From the NCBI GenBank assembly GCA_963666285.1, contig OY762711.1: DNA of 64,000 bases; one strand, 5' to 3'. The first letter of the stretch is position 1. Every line of letters starts with the position of its first letter. Of the stretch, positions 42,667 through 52,434 are shown one piece after another. The position numbers and the translations under genes are program-made. Source of the stretch: Sedimentisphaerales bacterium. Lineage in GTDB: Bacteria; Planctomycetota; Phycisphaerae; Sedimentisphaerales; SM23-30. The notes beneath the pieces were generated by a model that saw only the letters and a program-made list of their open reading frames with translations, made no database searches and was not told where the DNA came from.

Positions 42667-42909
42667 TTAACGTGAATATTCATGGCGGTTTACGCCGTCA
42701 AAATCTGCCGGTCTTCAGACAGCATTTCTTGAAATAACCTCCCGCTGCCACATGGGCACAAGTCATTTCTACCGAGCTTTTCTTCCAGCAGCTTCTCGCC
42801 GTGAACGACTCTGGTTCCCTTTTTAACTTTTGTCTCTGATGGATATCCTCTGCGACGTTTGCTCATTGGCTGGTTAAAAGCAGTCCTTTTGATAATTATT
42901 TCTGGCCAT
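42667..42909 (-). CDS. Small SEC-C motif zinc-binding protein encoded across three +1 frame transitions
   Basis: GGAGG-6nt-ATG at 42909. Segments read [11 protein letters not shown] | [48 protein letters not shown] | [10 protein letters not shown] | [10 protein letters not shown]. Confidence 0.75.
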
Positions 42910-43161
42910 GATACACCTCCGTAAAAAAGAGTATTCTTTCCATCCGGACACTTATCCGGATTTGCATGTATTGTATATGATTACTGCTGTATTGGAATAG
43001 AAAACTCCAATTATAACTGTTTTTTTAGAATATTACTCTATTGTTAAGCATAATGGATTAAATAATCTTCGTAATATCCTGTTTCGCAATACAAAATAAA
43101 TTTTTAGCTAGCCGCCTGCCCTGAGTTCATCGAAGGGCCGCGGTATTTCTTCCCTAATATT

Positions 43162-43201
43162 AAAAAAAAGCCGCGAATGCTTCTTCACATCCACGGCTTT
43201 T
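43162..43201 (-). terminator. Terminator after gpmI
   Basis: AAAAGCCG...CGGCTTTT stem; the A-run on plus is a U-tract on minus. Confidence 0.65.
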
Positions 43202-43266
43202 ATGTATTTTGAAAATAGTTGTCGCGTTAGCGACACCGCAATTTTTCACTTTTCATTATTCGCTTT

Positions 43267-44832
43267 TCACTTCAAAAGGCTTTCACCGGTCATCTCTTCC
43301 GGCTTCTCCAGTCCCATAAGATCCAGGCACGTTGGTACAACATCAGCCAGTCTGCCGCCTTCACGCAGCTTGCTGTTCTTGTGCTCTTCATCCACAATGA
43401 TCAGCGGCACAGGGAAAGTCGTATGAGCGGTATATGGCCCGTTTGTACTCTCATCCCACATCAGCTCCAGGTTGCCGTGGTCCGCTGTTATCAACGCAGA
43501 GCCGCCGAGTGCCTTAACCTTATCGATTACCTTGCCAACACATTCATCAACCACTTCAGCTGCCTTAACCGCTGCATCCATTACGCCTGTATGCCCGACC
43601 ATGTCCGGGTTAGCGAAGTTTACGATAAATACATCGTATTCCTTACTGTCCAGTTTCTCAAGAACGGTATCGCACACCTCATAGGCCGACATCTCAGGTT
43701 TCAGGTCATATGTTTCCACCTTTGGCGATGGTACCAGTATCCTGTCTTCCAGTTCAAATGGATCTTCCTTATTATCATTGAAGAAGAAGGTCACATGAGC
43801 ATATTTTTCTGTCTCGGCACATCTGAACTGTTTCAGCCCATCAACACTTAGCAGTTCACCGGCTATGTTTTTCATCTTCGGCGGCTTGGGAAACGCCACT
43901 TTCGCCGGAATTGTCTTGTCATATTCTGTCATACAGATAAAGTCAACTTCAGGCTTGCTGCCGCGATCGAAACCGTCAAAGTCGGCATCAACAAACGCAC
44001 GTGTCAGTTCGCGAGGCCTGTCACCGCGGAAATTAAAGAATATTACCGCGTCACCATCATCAATTGTGGCGATTGGCTTACCGTCGGCTCCGACAATATT
44101 GGCCGGCTCGATAAATTCATCTGTCTTGCCGTCATCATAACTTGCCTGCATATATTCAATTGCATCTGTTGCAGTGGCACCTTTACCATGACGTATACAG
44201 CTGAACGCTCTTTCTACACGCTCCCATCTCTTGTCACGGTCCATCCCGTAGAATCTGCCGCCGACGGATGCTATTTTTCCGCAGCCGATCTCATCCAGTT
44301 TCGCCTGGATAGCGGTCAAATATCCTTTACCGCTGGTCGGAGGACTGTCGCGACCGTCCATCAGCGGATGAAGATATACTTCTTCCAGCCCGTTATCTTT
44401 ACACATCTGAACGAATGCATACAGGTGACCCAGCAGAGAATGCACTCCGATATCACTGGCAAGCCCGGTCAGATGGAGTTTGCTGCCATTTTTCTTACAA
44501 TTTGCGATCGCATCAAGCACAATCTGGTTCTTCTGGAACTCGCCGTCACGAATTGCCTTGGTCAGACGCACTGATTCCTGGTAAACTACCCGGCCGGCAC
44601 CTATATTCTGATGACCTACTTCACTGTTGCCCATGGTTCCATCTGGCAAACCAACGTCTTCACCGCTGGTCGCGATTAGAACATTTGGGTATTCTGCTCT
44701 AAGTTTGTCATCATAAGGCGTATTTGCTTTACGGGTTGCATCATATTTATACCATTCAGGGTTTGGGTTATGGCCCCAGCCGTCACGGATAATTAGTACA
44801 AAAGGTTTTGTTCTGAGTTTTATTTCTGTCAT
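43267..44832 (-). CDS. gpmI: 2,3-bisphosphoglycerate-independent phosphoglycerate mutase
   Basis: IRDGWG, MGNSEVGH, MDRDKRW, AETEKYAHVTFFFN, NPDMVGH and TADHGN. Confidence 0.96.
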   Translation of the reverse strand: MTEIKLRTKPFVLIIRDGWGHNPNPEWYKYDATRKANTPYDDKLRAEYPNVLIATSGEDVGLPDGTMGNSEVGHQNIGAGRVVYQESVRLTKAIRDGEFQKNQIVLDAIANCKKNGSKLHLTGLASDIGVHSLLGHLYAFVQMCKDNGLEEVYLHPLMDGRDSPPTSGKGYLTAIQAKLDEIGCGKIASVGGRFYGMDRDKRWERVERAFSCIRHGKGATATDAIEYMQASYDDGKTDEFIEPANIVGADGKPIATIDDGDAVIFFNFRGDRPRELTRAFVDADFDGFDRGSKPEVDFICMTEYDKTIPAKVAFPKPPKMKNIAGELLSVDGLKQFRCAETEKYAHVTFFFNDNKEDPFELEDRILVPSPKVETYDLKPEMSAYEVCDTVLEKLDSKEYDVFIVNFANPDMVGHTGVMDAAVKAAEVVDECVGKVIDKVKALGGSALITADHGNLELMWDESTNGPYTAHTTFPVPLIIVDEEHKNSKLREGGRLADVVPTCLDLMGLEKPEEMTGESLLK

Positions 44833-44925
44833 ATTATGTTCCTCGTTTCTACTTTCTTCATTTACCCACAATGTTGGTACGTCTTTTATATCGTATGGTG
44901 CTTATTTTCCTGCTATTTACTCTTA

Positions 44926-45125
44926 GTTTACTTTAGCAGTTTTTAAGTTGCAATAACGAAGTGCCTCTGGTAAATCGCCTAAAAGGGCCTTCCCGCAACG
45001 CTTTGAATTAAATGTACTTTCGAGAATTAGCTCGGAAATACATTTAAATATAAAGTTTTTCATTCAAAAGGCCCTGTTCCGGCCTTTGCGTGTAATGTTG
45101 AACAGTCAAAAGTGCGAATCCGCAC
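44926..45125. mobile_element. MITE family 1, copy D (full length, 200 bp)
   Basis: Imperfect palindrome along its whole length; 5-bp target duplication TCTTA on both sides. Confidence 0.9.
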
Positions 45126-45582
45126 TCTTATTTCAAAAGGTTCAAAATTGTTACTTGTTATATCATATTGTCTTTTCAGAACATACAAACCACGTTAAAA
45201 AAGGTAGTTTGTATTATTTATATTATTTATGGGGTGCCCTCGGGGCAATTTCCCCATATTTTACTGCTCTACAGGACTATTGTCCCTTAGGATTATAGCA
45301 CAAACATTGTATAATAATAGTCGAACGGAAGTTTAAAGTAAAGTATGAGAAAAGTTTGCTAAACAATGGGTATATTTGTACTGATCAGCAGAGGATTATT
45401 ACTTTTAAGTAAGTAAATAACTTTTCCTCACCTAAATATTTGTGAAATCGACAAACATCAATAGCAATTTTCAGAGGTTGCTATAAGTTTTTAACAGCAA
45501 ATGTGTTTTATTTTTGCTCTGATGTTAGAGATTTTCACTGCTGTTTGGTTATAAATTCAAAGGCAAAAGAGAGCAAGAGAGA

Positions 45583-47193
45583 ATGAGAAGTAAAAGATCA
45601 CGGAATCTTTTTAAATGTTATTGGGCTTTGGGGATAATCTTCGTCACTTTATCTCTTATGCCGGTTGTATTCTGCGCGATTGCATCAGCAAATGATATCA
45701 ATTCTGTTAGTGATAATTATATATCATATAACTTTTCTTCCGATTTTAACCTTTATACTGATATTCAACTCGCAAATTCGATATCAAACGATGATATTTC
45801 AAATAATATCTGGCAGCAGGCGCAAACTGCCGTGCAAAATCGTTATCGAACTCATGATATTTTCAGTTTTGTTGACAATATGGATGTCGAACAGTCTTTC
45901 GATTTGCTTTTACAACTGTGGAAACTTGTAACTTATTATTACTATCACGATATCGATCAGTCAACTATGGTAAAAAATGCTTTGGTTGAACTGCAAATTG
46001 CAGCTGAAAGTGATGTGATTAAGCAAAGATATCATCTCTCTGAAGATAATTCTTCTTATCTTGTCTCTGAAATTCAAATCCTTATCGATAAATTGAAAAA
46101 TAAAGATGAAATTGATTACGCATGGCTTAAAATCGAACTGGAAAAAATTTCTAATTGCTGTAAAAAAATAGGTTTAGAAAATTCATGGCCGGTTTTGGAA
46201 ATTATTTTCGGTATCTGTGATAATCTTGATATTTATAGTAATTATCTTTTGCCGCAACGCTATTTTGATATGCTTGACGCGCTCAACGGCAGTTATAAAG
46301 GTATCGGAGTTGATATTATTTTCAGAGATGATAACTATCCGCTTGTTTTTGATGTTGTTGATAACAGTCCGGCGGCAAAAGCTGGTATAAAACCTGGCGA
46401 TTTACTTATCGAACTCGATAATAATTCACTAAAAAACATTGCTGAATACCAATATGACAACTGTTATTTACTGGCTGACGATGATAATTTCTCGATGAAG
46501 ATCAAACGTGACGATAAAACGTTCGAATTTGCTTTGAAAAAAGATAATGTAACGGCGCTGGATGTTAGAAATGTTCAAACATTAATTAACGCAACTACTG
46601 GTTTTATAAGAATTAGCAGTTTTGGTAGAAATACTGCCTCGCAAGTTGATAATGCTTTGAAACAACTTATCGAACAAGGTGCCGAAAGTGTTATTATTGA
46701 TCTTAGAAATAACGGCGGCGGCATGGTTTCTTCTGCTATTGAAACTGCTGATCTGTTTATTAAAGAAGGTAAAATCGTATCACTGAAATCTTATTCCGGC
46801 ATAAAAACTTATATCGCCGGTACCGATAACAAGCAAACTGAAGATATGTCTGTTGTTATCTTGGTTAATAAAGATACTGCTAGCGCTGCTGAGATATTTA
46901 CCGCCGCGCTTAAACAACATAATCGCGCGATTGTTATTGGTAAAACTACTTACGGCAAGGCTGTTGTGCAGACTGTTTATGATTTAGAACATAATGCAGG
47001 CGCTTTAGTATTAACTACTGCTGAATATTTCCCGCCTTCTGGTGAAAGTTTTAATAAAACAGGGATTAAACCTAATATTGAAGTTGTTAATACTGAAAAT
47101 GCGGATATTAATGAGCAAAATCAATCTATTACTGATAGAATTTCTGAGAGTAATCTCGATATTCGCACGGCGCTGAAGTGTTTGAGTAATTAA
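45583..47193 (+). CDS. S41-family C-terminal processing peptidase with PDZ domain
   Basis: YKGIGV, SPAAKAGIKPGD, IIDLRNNGGG, TASAAEI and TYGKAVVQ. Confidence 0.92.
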   Translation: MRSKRSRNLFKCYWALGIIFVTLSLMPVVFCAIASANDINSVSDNYISYNFSSDFNLYTDIQLANSISNDDISNNIWQQAQTAVQNRYRTHDIFSFVDNMDVEQSFDLLLQLWKLVTYYYYHDIDQSTMVKNALVELQIAAESDVIKQRYHLSEDNSSYLVSEIQILIDKLKNKDEIDYAWLKIELEKISNCCKKIGLENSWPVLEIIFGICDNLDIYSNYLLPQRYFDMLDALNGSYKGIGVDIIFRDDNYPLVFDVVDNSPAAKAGIKPGDLLIELDNNSLKNIAEYQYDNCYLLADDDNFSMKIKRDDKTFEFALKKDNVTALDVRNVQTLINATTGFIRISSFGRNTASQVDNALKQLIEQGAESVIIDLRNNGGGMVSSAIETADLFIKEGKIVSLKSYSGIKTYIAGTDNKQTEDMSVVILVNKDTASAAEIFTAALKQHNRAIVIGKTTYGKAVVQTVYDLEHNAGALVLTTAEYFPPSGESFNKTGIKPNIEVVNTENADINEQNQSITDRISESNLDIRTALKCLSN

Positions 47194-47639
47194 TTCTTCA
47201 TACTTATTATCTCACGTTTGTTTTTCTTTTTTTAATCTTTAGTTTTTATCTTTTTTCATCTCTTCATTTTAAATTTTAAGAGTATTTTTCTTTGTTGCTT
47301 TCTCTTTTTACTTTTAGTTTTTAATTTTTTTATCAATAAAATTGTTATTTCACTAAAAGTTTTTAAACAAAAAGAAGTTTTTTTTTAAGTTTTTTATAAA
47401 AAATGACAATAAAGGTATTGTGAAAGAAAAACGTAGGGAAAGTATGTTTTCATTTACGTTTTGTTGAAGGGGATGAAATTAAGAAGTGTGTTATTTTGAA
47501 AAATGAATATGTTTTATCGTAATTATTGTGATATTTCTTTTTGACATAATAATTATTGATAATTAGTATTAGTGTTTATAGTGATTATTATGTTTTTTTT
47601 ATTACACGTTTACCGTTGCCGGAAGGAGGTAACTCAACC

Positions 47640-47987
47640 ATGGCAGTAAAGAAAAAAGTTAAAAAAGTAGCTAAGAAAGCTGCAAAGAAAGCAGTTAAAA
47701 AGGTAGCTAAGAAAAAGGTAGCTAAGAAAAAGGTAGCTAAGAAAAAGGTAGCTAAGAAACCTGCGGCTAAGAAAGTTGCTAAGAAAAAAGTAGCTAAGAA
47801 GGCTGTAAAGAAAGCAACTAAGAAAGTTGCTAAGAAAAAGGTAGCTAAGAAACCTGCGGCTAAGAAAGTTGCTAAGAAAAAAGTAGCTAAGAAAGCTGTA
47901 AAGAAAGCAACTAAGAAAGTAGCTAAAAAAGCTGTTAAAAAAGTTGCTAAGAAAAAAGTAGCTAAAAAAGCTGCTAAGAAAAAATAA
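47640..47987 (+). CDS. Histone H1-like Lys/Ala-rich protein
   Basis: ATG 47640 follows GGAGG; 115 aa made almost entirely of KKVAK/KKAVK/KPAAK repeats. Confidence 0.88.
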   Translation: MAVKKKVKKVAKKAAKKAVKKVAKKKVAKKKVAKKKVAKKPAAKKVAKKKVAKKAVKKATKKVAKKKVAKKPAAKKVAKKKVAKKAVKKATKKVAKKAVKKVAKKKVAKKAAKKK

Positions 47988-48074
47988 TATCAGTTAATCT
48001 GATATAGGATCTTATGGTTTTTGCCGTATTATCCGTTTTAGAAAGCTTGTTCTTTCTAAATTGTAGAGAAATAT

Positions 48075-48118
48075 TAACGGGGTTTCCCATTATGAGTGGG
48101 GGACCCCGTTACTTTTTT
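48075..48118 (+). terminator. Rho-independent terminator
   Basis: TAACGGGGT...ACCCCGTTA stem plus T-tract. Confidence 0.75.
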
Positions 48119-48330
48119 AAACCATTGCTGTTAAAAATGTTGTGGTGCTATTGTTGTCAGCCATAACATCTTTGATATGTGCAATATGGTTGACATTAGC
48201 TGCTGATAGGGTGTATATTCATAAGAGATATATTGTGAAGCTTGTTTGTATGGTTTTCACTGTATTTTTGATGGCAATTGATGCGAAATTTTTATTATAT
48301 TCGTTTTGATTTGTTTATTTTTACCCTTTA

Positions 48331-48511
48331 GTTAACTATCGCAGTTTTTAAGTTGCATAAATCGCCTAAAAGGGCATTACTGCAACAAAATAAATTAATT
48401 TACTTTCGAGGATTAGATCGGAAATGCAATTAAATGTAAAGTTTTTCATTCACAAGGCCCTGTTTAGACCTTTGCGTGTAATGTTGAACAGTCAAAAGTG
48501 CGAAGTCGCAC
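48331..48511. mobile_element. MITE family 1, copy E
   Basis: Same sequence as B and D; 5-bp target duplication CTTTA. Confidence 0.9.
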
Positions 48512-48566
48512 CTTTACTATCTATAGATAATTTTTTTTTTAATACTTGCTGTTTTAGGAATATATA

Positions 48567-49805
48567 ATGACAAAACAAAGTACGCCTAAGGGAATGCGGC
48601 TGCATATTGGCTTATTTGGCAGGCGAAATGTTGGAAAAAGTTCTCTTTTAAACGCTATTGTCCGTCAATCTGTGTCAATTGTCTCCGATGTTGCCGGCAC
48701 AACTACCGATCCGATCGAAAAACCGATGGAATTATTACCTATCGGACCTGTTCTTTTCGTCGATACCGCCGGGGTTGATGATGTTGGCGACCTCGGAGAG
48801 ATGAGAGTTGAAAAAACTCGTGCTATTTTCAGGCGTACCGAACTTGCTATTATTGTTACTGACGGTCTTTGGGGTACATATGAACGGCAGCTTACTGAGG
48901 AATTGAGTCATTTCAATGTTCCGGTTGTCGCTGTTTTTAATAAAAATGATCTCGCCGTTCCCAATGAAGACGTAATAAATCAGGTCAACGACCAAAAAAT
49001 CGATTTTGTTATCACTTCCGCTCTCAATAACGACGGCATCGACAACCTTCGACAGCTTTTAGTCAAAAAAACTCCTAATGAGTTCCTGAATAACCCTACT
49101 ATTATGGGTGATCTTGTGCCCGCCGGTGAAATGGCAGTGCTTGTTGTACCAATTGACAAGGAAGCGCCCAAAGGCAGACTTATTCTTCCGCAAGTCAACT
49201 GTATTCGGGACCTGCTTGATAATGATGCCTATTGTATGGTGGTAAAAGAACGTGAACTGAGAGAATCTCTCGAACGACTTGCCAAACCGCCCGCAATTGT
49301 TGTCACTGACAGCCAGGCATTCCTCAAAGTTGATGCTGATACTCCGACTGACATCCCGATGACTTCGTTTTCCATTCTTTTTGCGCGTTTTAAAGGAGAT
49401 TTGAATGAATTTGTTGCCGGTGCTGTCAAAATCGACTCACTTAAACCTGGCGATAGAATATTAATTGCCGAAGCTTGTTCTCATCATCCTTCATGCGAAG
49501 ATATTGGCCGGGTTAAAATACCTCGATGGCTCAGGCAGTATGTTGGCGGTGATCTACAGGTTGATGTCATTCAGGGCCATGATTTCCCCGCAGACCTTGC
49601 CGAATATAAACTTATGATCCATTGCGGCGGGTGCATGTTCAATCGCCGTGAAGTACTCAGCAGGATTATGCTGTGCAAACAGGCTGGCATACCCGTTACT
49701 AACTACGGCTTGGCTATCGCCTATTCGCTCGGCATATTCAAGCGAGCACTAAAACCATTCCCCGGCGCTTATGAAATATATCAGCAGCTATTGAAACAAA
49801 ATTAG
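48567..49805 (+). CDS. hydF: [FeFe]-hydrogenase maturation GTPase HydF
   Basis: GRRNVGKSSL, DTAG, NKND, APKGRLILPQV, EACSHH and HCGGCM. Confidence 0.96.
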   Translation: MTKQSTPKGMRLHIGLFGRRNVGKSSLLNAIVRQSVSIVSDVAGTTTDPIEKPMELLPIGPVLFVDTAGVDDVGDLGEMRVEKTRAIFRRTELAIIVTDGLWGTYERQLTEELSHFNVPVVAVFNKNDLAVPNEDVINQVNDQKIDFVITSALNNDGIDNLRQLLVKKTPNEFLNNPTIMGDLVPAGEMAVLVVPIDKEAPKGRLILPQVNCIRDLLDNDAYCMVVKERELRESLERLAKPPAIVVTDSQAFLKVDADTPTDIPMTSFSILFARFKGDLNEFVAGAVKIDSLKPGDRILIAEACSHHPSCEDIGRVKIPRWLRQYVGGDLQVDVIQGHDFPADLAEYKLMIHCGGCMFNRREVLSRIMLCKQAGIPVTNYGLAIAYSLGIFKRALKPFPGAYEIYQQLLKQN

Positions 49806-49864
49806 TGTTTGTAACTGATATCTCAATACTAATTCTATTCTAGCTGGCCGCCGGTATATTTGTA

Positions 49865-52318
49865 TTATTCGCACTCAAGCCCTAGTGTCGCTGCCGGCAG
49901 CCCGTCTGCCTCTGCCCTAACTGTCACTTTTCCAGCTTGTCGAGTACTTCGCAAAACTATCATGCACTTTCCGTTTCGGGTTGTTTTCTGCTTGCCAACC
50001 CAGGGCTCATCACTGAATATATCACTATTTGCCACTCCTCCCAGCTCTGCATCTCCTTCGACCTCAAAGCGAACCTGCCTGTCAGCATCCGGCACTACAA
50101 CACCGTATTTATCGACTATGCACACATCAATATAACCCAGGTCCAGTCCATTCGCCTTCAAACTCTTTACATCTGGTGTCAATTGTATGGCAGCCGGTTC
50201 TCCTGCCGTTGTCAAATTATGTTCTGCTACTATAATACCATTCCTGCGAGCTACTGCCTTCAGCACACCGGCTTCAAATGGCACCGTCCAATCAGTATAA
50301 GGGTTTTCTCCTATTATATACTCTTTCAAGCCAAGCGATCTGCCGTTCAAAAATAGTTCAACCTCATCGGCATTACTCATAATCTGCACCTCTACATTGC
50401 CATTTCCCCAGTTCCAGTGATCGCTCATAGGGTACCAGCTCCATCTCTTATTCCCGGTATTATTGAAATGCTCCACCAGTTGCCCTTTGCTCTCTTTCAC
50501 CCAGATATGCACCACAGGGTCATCATCATAAAAACACTGGTACAGCGTACCGATAGGAGTTATTTTATCGGTAATATCATAAAATGCTCGTCCCCAGACC
50601 TTTGTCGGCCATACCGATTCACCCAGGTAGTCGGTTGCCGTCCAGTAATAGTGACCAATTACTTTTTCCAGATCAAGCTCCAGCCATGAAATCTTACGTG
50701 TACCAAAGTCAAGATTCGTACTCGTTTCTGAAGCGATAAACATCAACTGCGGAAACCTTTCATAATCTTTGGCAAACATATTACCTGTATAGTTCCAGCT
50801 TACTACATCACTGTAAAATGCCATCTCTGCTGGATTGGAATTGACGAATTTTTCATATTCATCCCAGCAATTCCATTCCATCATACAATTTTCCCTCGCC
50901 GGAAACAGTCCGACCGTTACCTTCCGCGTCGGGTCGAGAGTATGTGTCAGTTCGGTCATTTTCTTGAGTATGCCGACTCCCCGGTCACGGGCGTCTTTAC
51001 GGCTCTCAAATTTCTCATCAAAATTTCCCAACTGCTTCAAAACCTCATTTCCCATACTCCATATATATACCGAGGGATGGTTGCGGTCTCGTTTTATAAA
51101 TTCTGTCAGATCACTTTGCCAGTAGTCACCAAATGGCGCTGCCCCGCCATAATACTGAGATGTCCACTTATCGTATGCCTCATCAAATACCAGAAATCCC
51201 AGCCTGTCCGCCGCATCTAAAAGCACCGGGGCATGCGGGTTATGACTCAATCTAACCGAGTTGCACCCCATTTCCTTTAACAGCAGTAGTTTACGCTCGT
51301 ATCCTTTTGCCAGTGCCGCACTTCCCAGACAGCCAAGGTCATGGTGCATATTGCCGCCTTTAGCTATCACTTTTTTTCCGTTCAGCAGCATCCCCTTATC
51401 CGGCATCATCCGTATCTCGCGAATTCCAATGACTGTTTCGTAAGCATCGACTGGCACAGCGTCTTTATATACCTTCGATTTGACAGTATAAAGATTCGGC
51501 TGATCGCACGACCATAATTGCGGATTGGCAATCTCTATTTCCTGGATAAATTTAATATTTTCACTCCCTCCAAGTGGCCCCGCGGCTGTTGCCTCGGCCG
51601 CTTTTTTACCATTCATATCATATATCTCTGTTACCAGTCTGACATTTTTTTTTACATGGTAGCTATTGTTTACTTCTGTCTCTATCCTTACCAGTGATAA
51701 ATCATTACGAACTATCGGAGTTGTGATATAAGTTCCATATTGTGGGATATATAGCTTGTCAGTAACGACCAGCCGTACATCGCGATAGATTCCTTCACCT
51801 GTATACCATCGCGAGGTATCTTTTGTTGTATTATCATATTTAACGACAATCGTGTTATCTTCGCCATATTTCAATGTGTGAGAAATTTCATATTCGAACC
51901 CCAGGTATCCGTTATTATGATTGCCTAGATAAACGCCATTAACAAAAACATCAGCCGAACGATATACCCCGTCAAACTGGACAAAGACTTTTTTCTCCTT
52001 TGCACCGGCATCAACAAAGAAATGCTTTTTATAACAGCCCTGGCCAAAAGGCAGCCAGCCGTTTGCACTAGTCGATTCTTCCTTACTGAATTTTCCACTT
52101 ATAGCCCCGTCATGCGGCAGCTGAACTTCCTGCCATCTGCTTTCATCTATATTGTCCAATTGTTCCAGATTTGGAGTGCCTTTGGTAAACTTCCAGTCAA
52201 AATTGAAATTCGTTATTTCCCGTCCTTCGGCATTCGCAGTTAAGCTAAGAAATGTAAATATAAGATAGAAAACTGGTAATATGCTGTTTTTTTTGCCGGA
52301 TGATACAGTTTTTTTCAT
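49865..52318 (-). CDS. Glycoside hydrolase family 2 (beta-galactosidase-like), secreted
   Basis: Signal peptide; SRWYTGEGIYRDV, HHDLGCLG, RLSHNP and RDRNHPSVYIWSMGNE. Confidence 0.92.
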   Translation of the reverse strand: MKKTVSSGKKNSILPVFYLIFTFLSLTANAEGREITNFNFDWKFTKGTPNLEQLDNIDESRWQEVQLPHDGAISGKFSKEESTSANGWLPFGQGCYKKHFFVDAGAKEKKVFVQFDGVYRSADVFVNGVYLGNHNNGYLGFEYEISHTLKYGEDNTIVVKYDNTTKDTSRWYTGEGIYRDVRLVVTDKLYIPQYGTYITTPIVRNDLSLVRIETEVNNSYHVKKNVRLVTEIYDMNGKKAAEATAAGPLGGSENIKFIQEIEIANPQLWSCDQPNLYTVKSKVYKDAVPVDAYETVIGIREIRMMPDKGMLLNGKKVIAKGGNMHHDLGCLGSAALAKGYERKLLLLKEMGCNSVRLSHNPHAPVLLDAADRLGFLVFDEAYDKWTSQYYGGAAPFGDYWQSDLTEFIKRDRNHPSVYIWSMGNEVLKQLGNFDEKFESRKDARDRGVGILKKMTELTHTLDPTRKVTVGLFPARENCMMEWNCWDEYEKFVNSNPAEMAFYSDVVSWNYTGNMFAKDYERFPQLMFIASETSTNLDFGTRKISWLELDLEKVIGHYYWTATDYLGESVWPTKVWGRAFYDITDKITPIGTLYQCFYDDDPVVHIWVKESKGQLVEHFNNTGNKRWSWYPMSDHWNWGNGNVEVQIMSNADEVELFLNGRSLGLKEYIIGENPYTDWTVPFEAGVLKAVARRNGIIVAEHNLTTAGEPAAIQLTPDVKSLKANGLDLGYIDVCIVDKYGVVVPDADRQVRFEVEGDAELGGVANSDIFSDEPWVGKQKTTRNGKCMIVLRSTRQAGKVTVRAEADGLPAATLGLECE

Positions 52319-52434
52319 TACGAACCTCCTATTGTTAAAAAATGAAAAAAATGATATGTTGCTATTCTAAGTAAACTTCACCACTTATCAAGATAATCCC
52401 TTATCTCTTTTAAACTGGCAATCGGCCGGTTTGA

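Noticed and set aside
42690..42866. Treating the 58-aa middle ORF (MSKRR...[14 protein letters not shown]) as the whole SEC-C gene
   Set aside because: It lacks a properly spaced SD and the last two zinc ligands, while the strong SD is at 42920-42916 and the CC pair is in the +1 frame. It is not fully excluded as a minor product.
47660..47985. Regular repeats resembling a CRISPR array
   Set aside because: They are 15-bp coding repeats without unique spacers, encoding KKVAK units; no cas genes are present.
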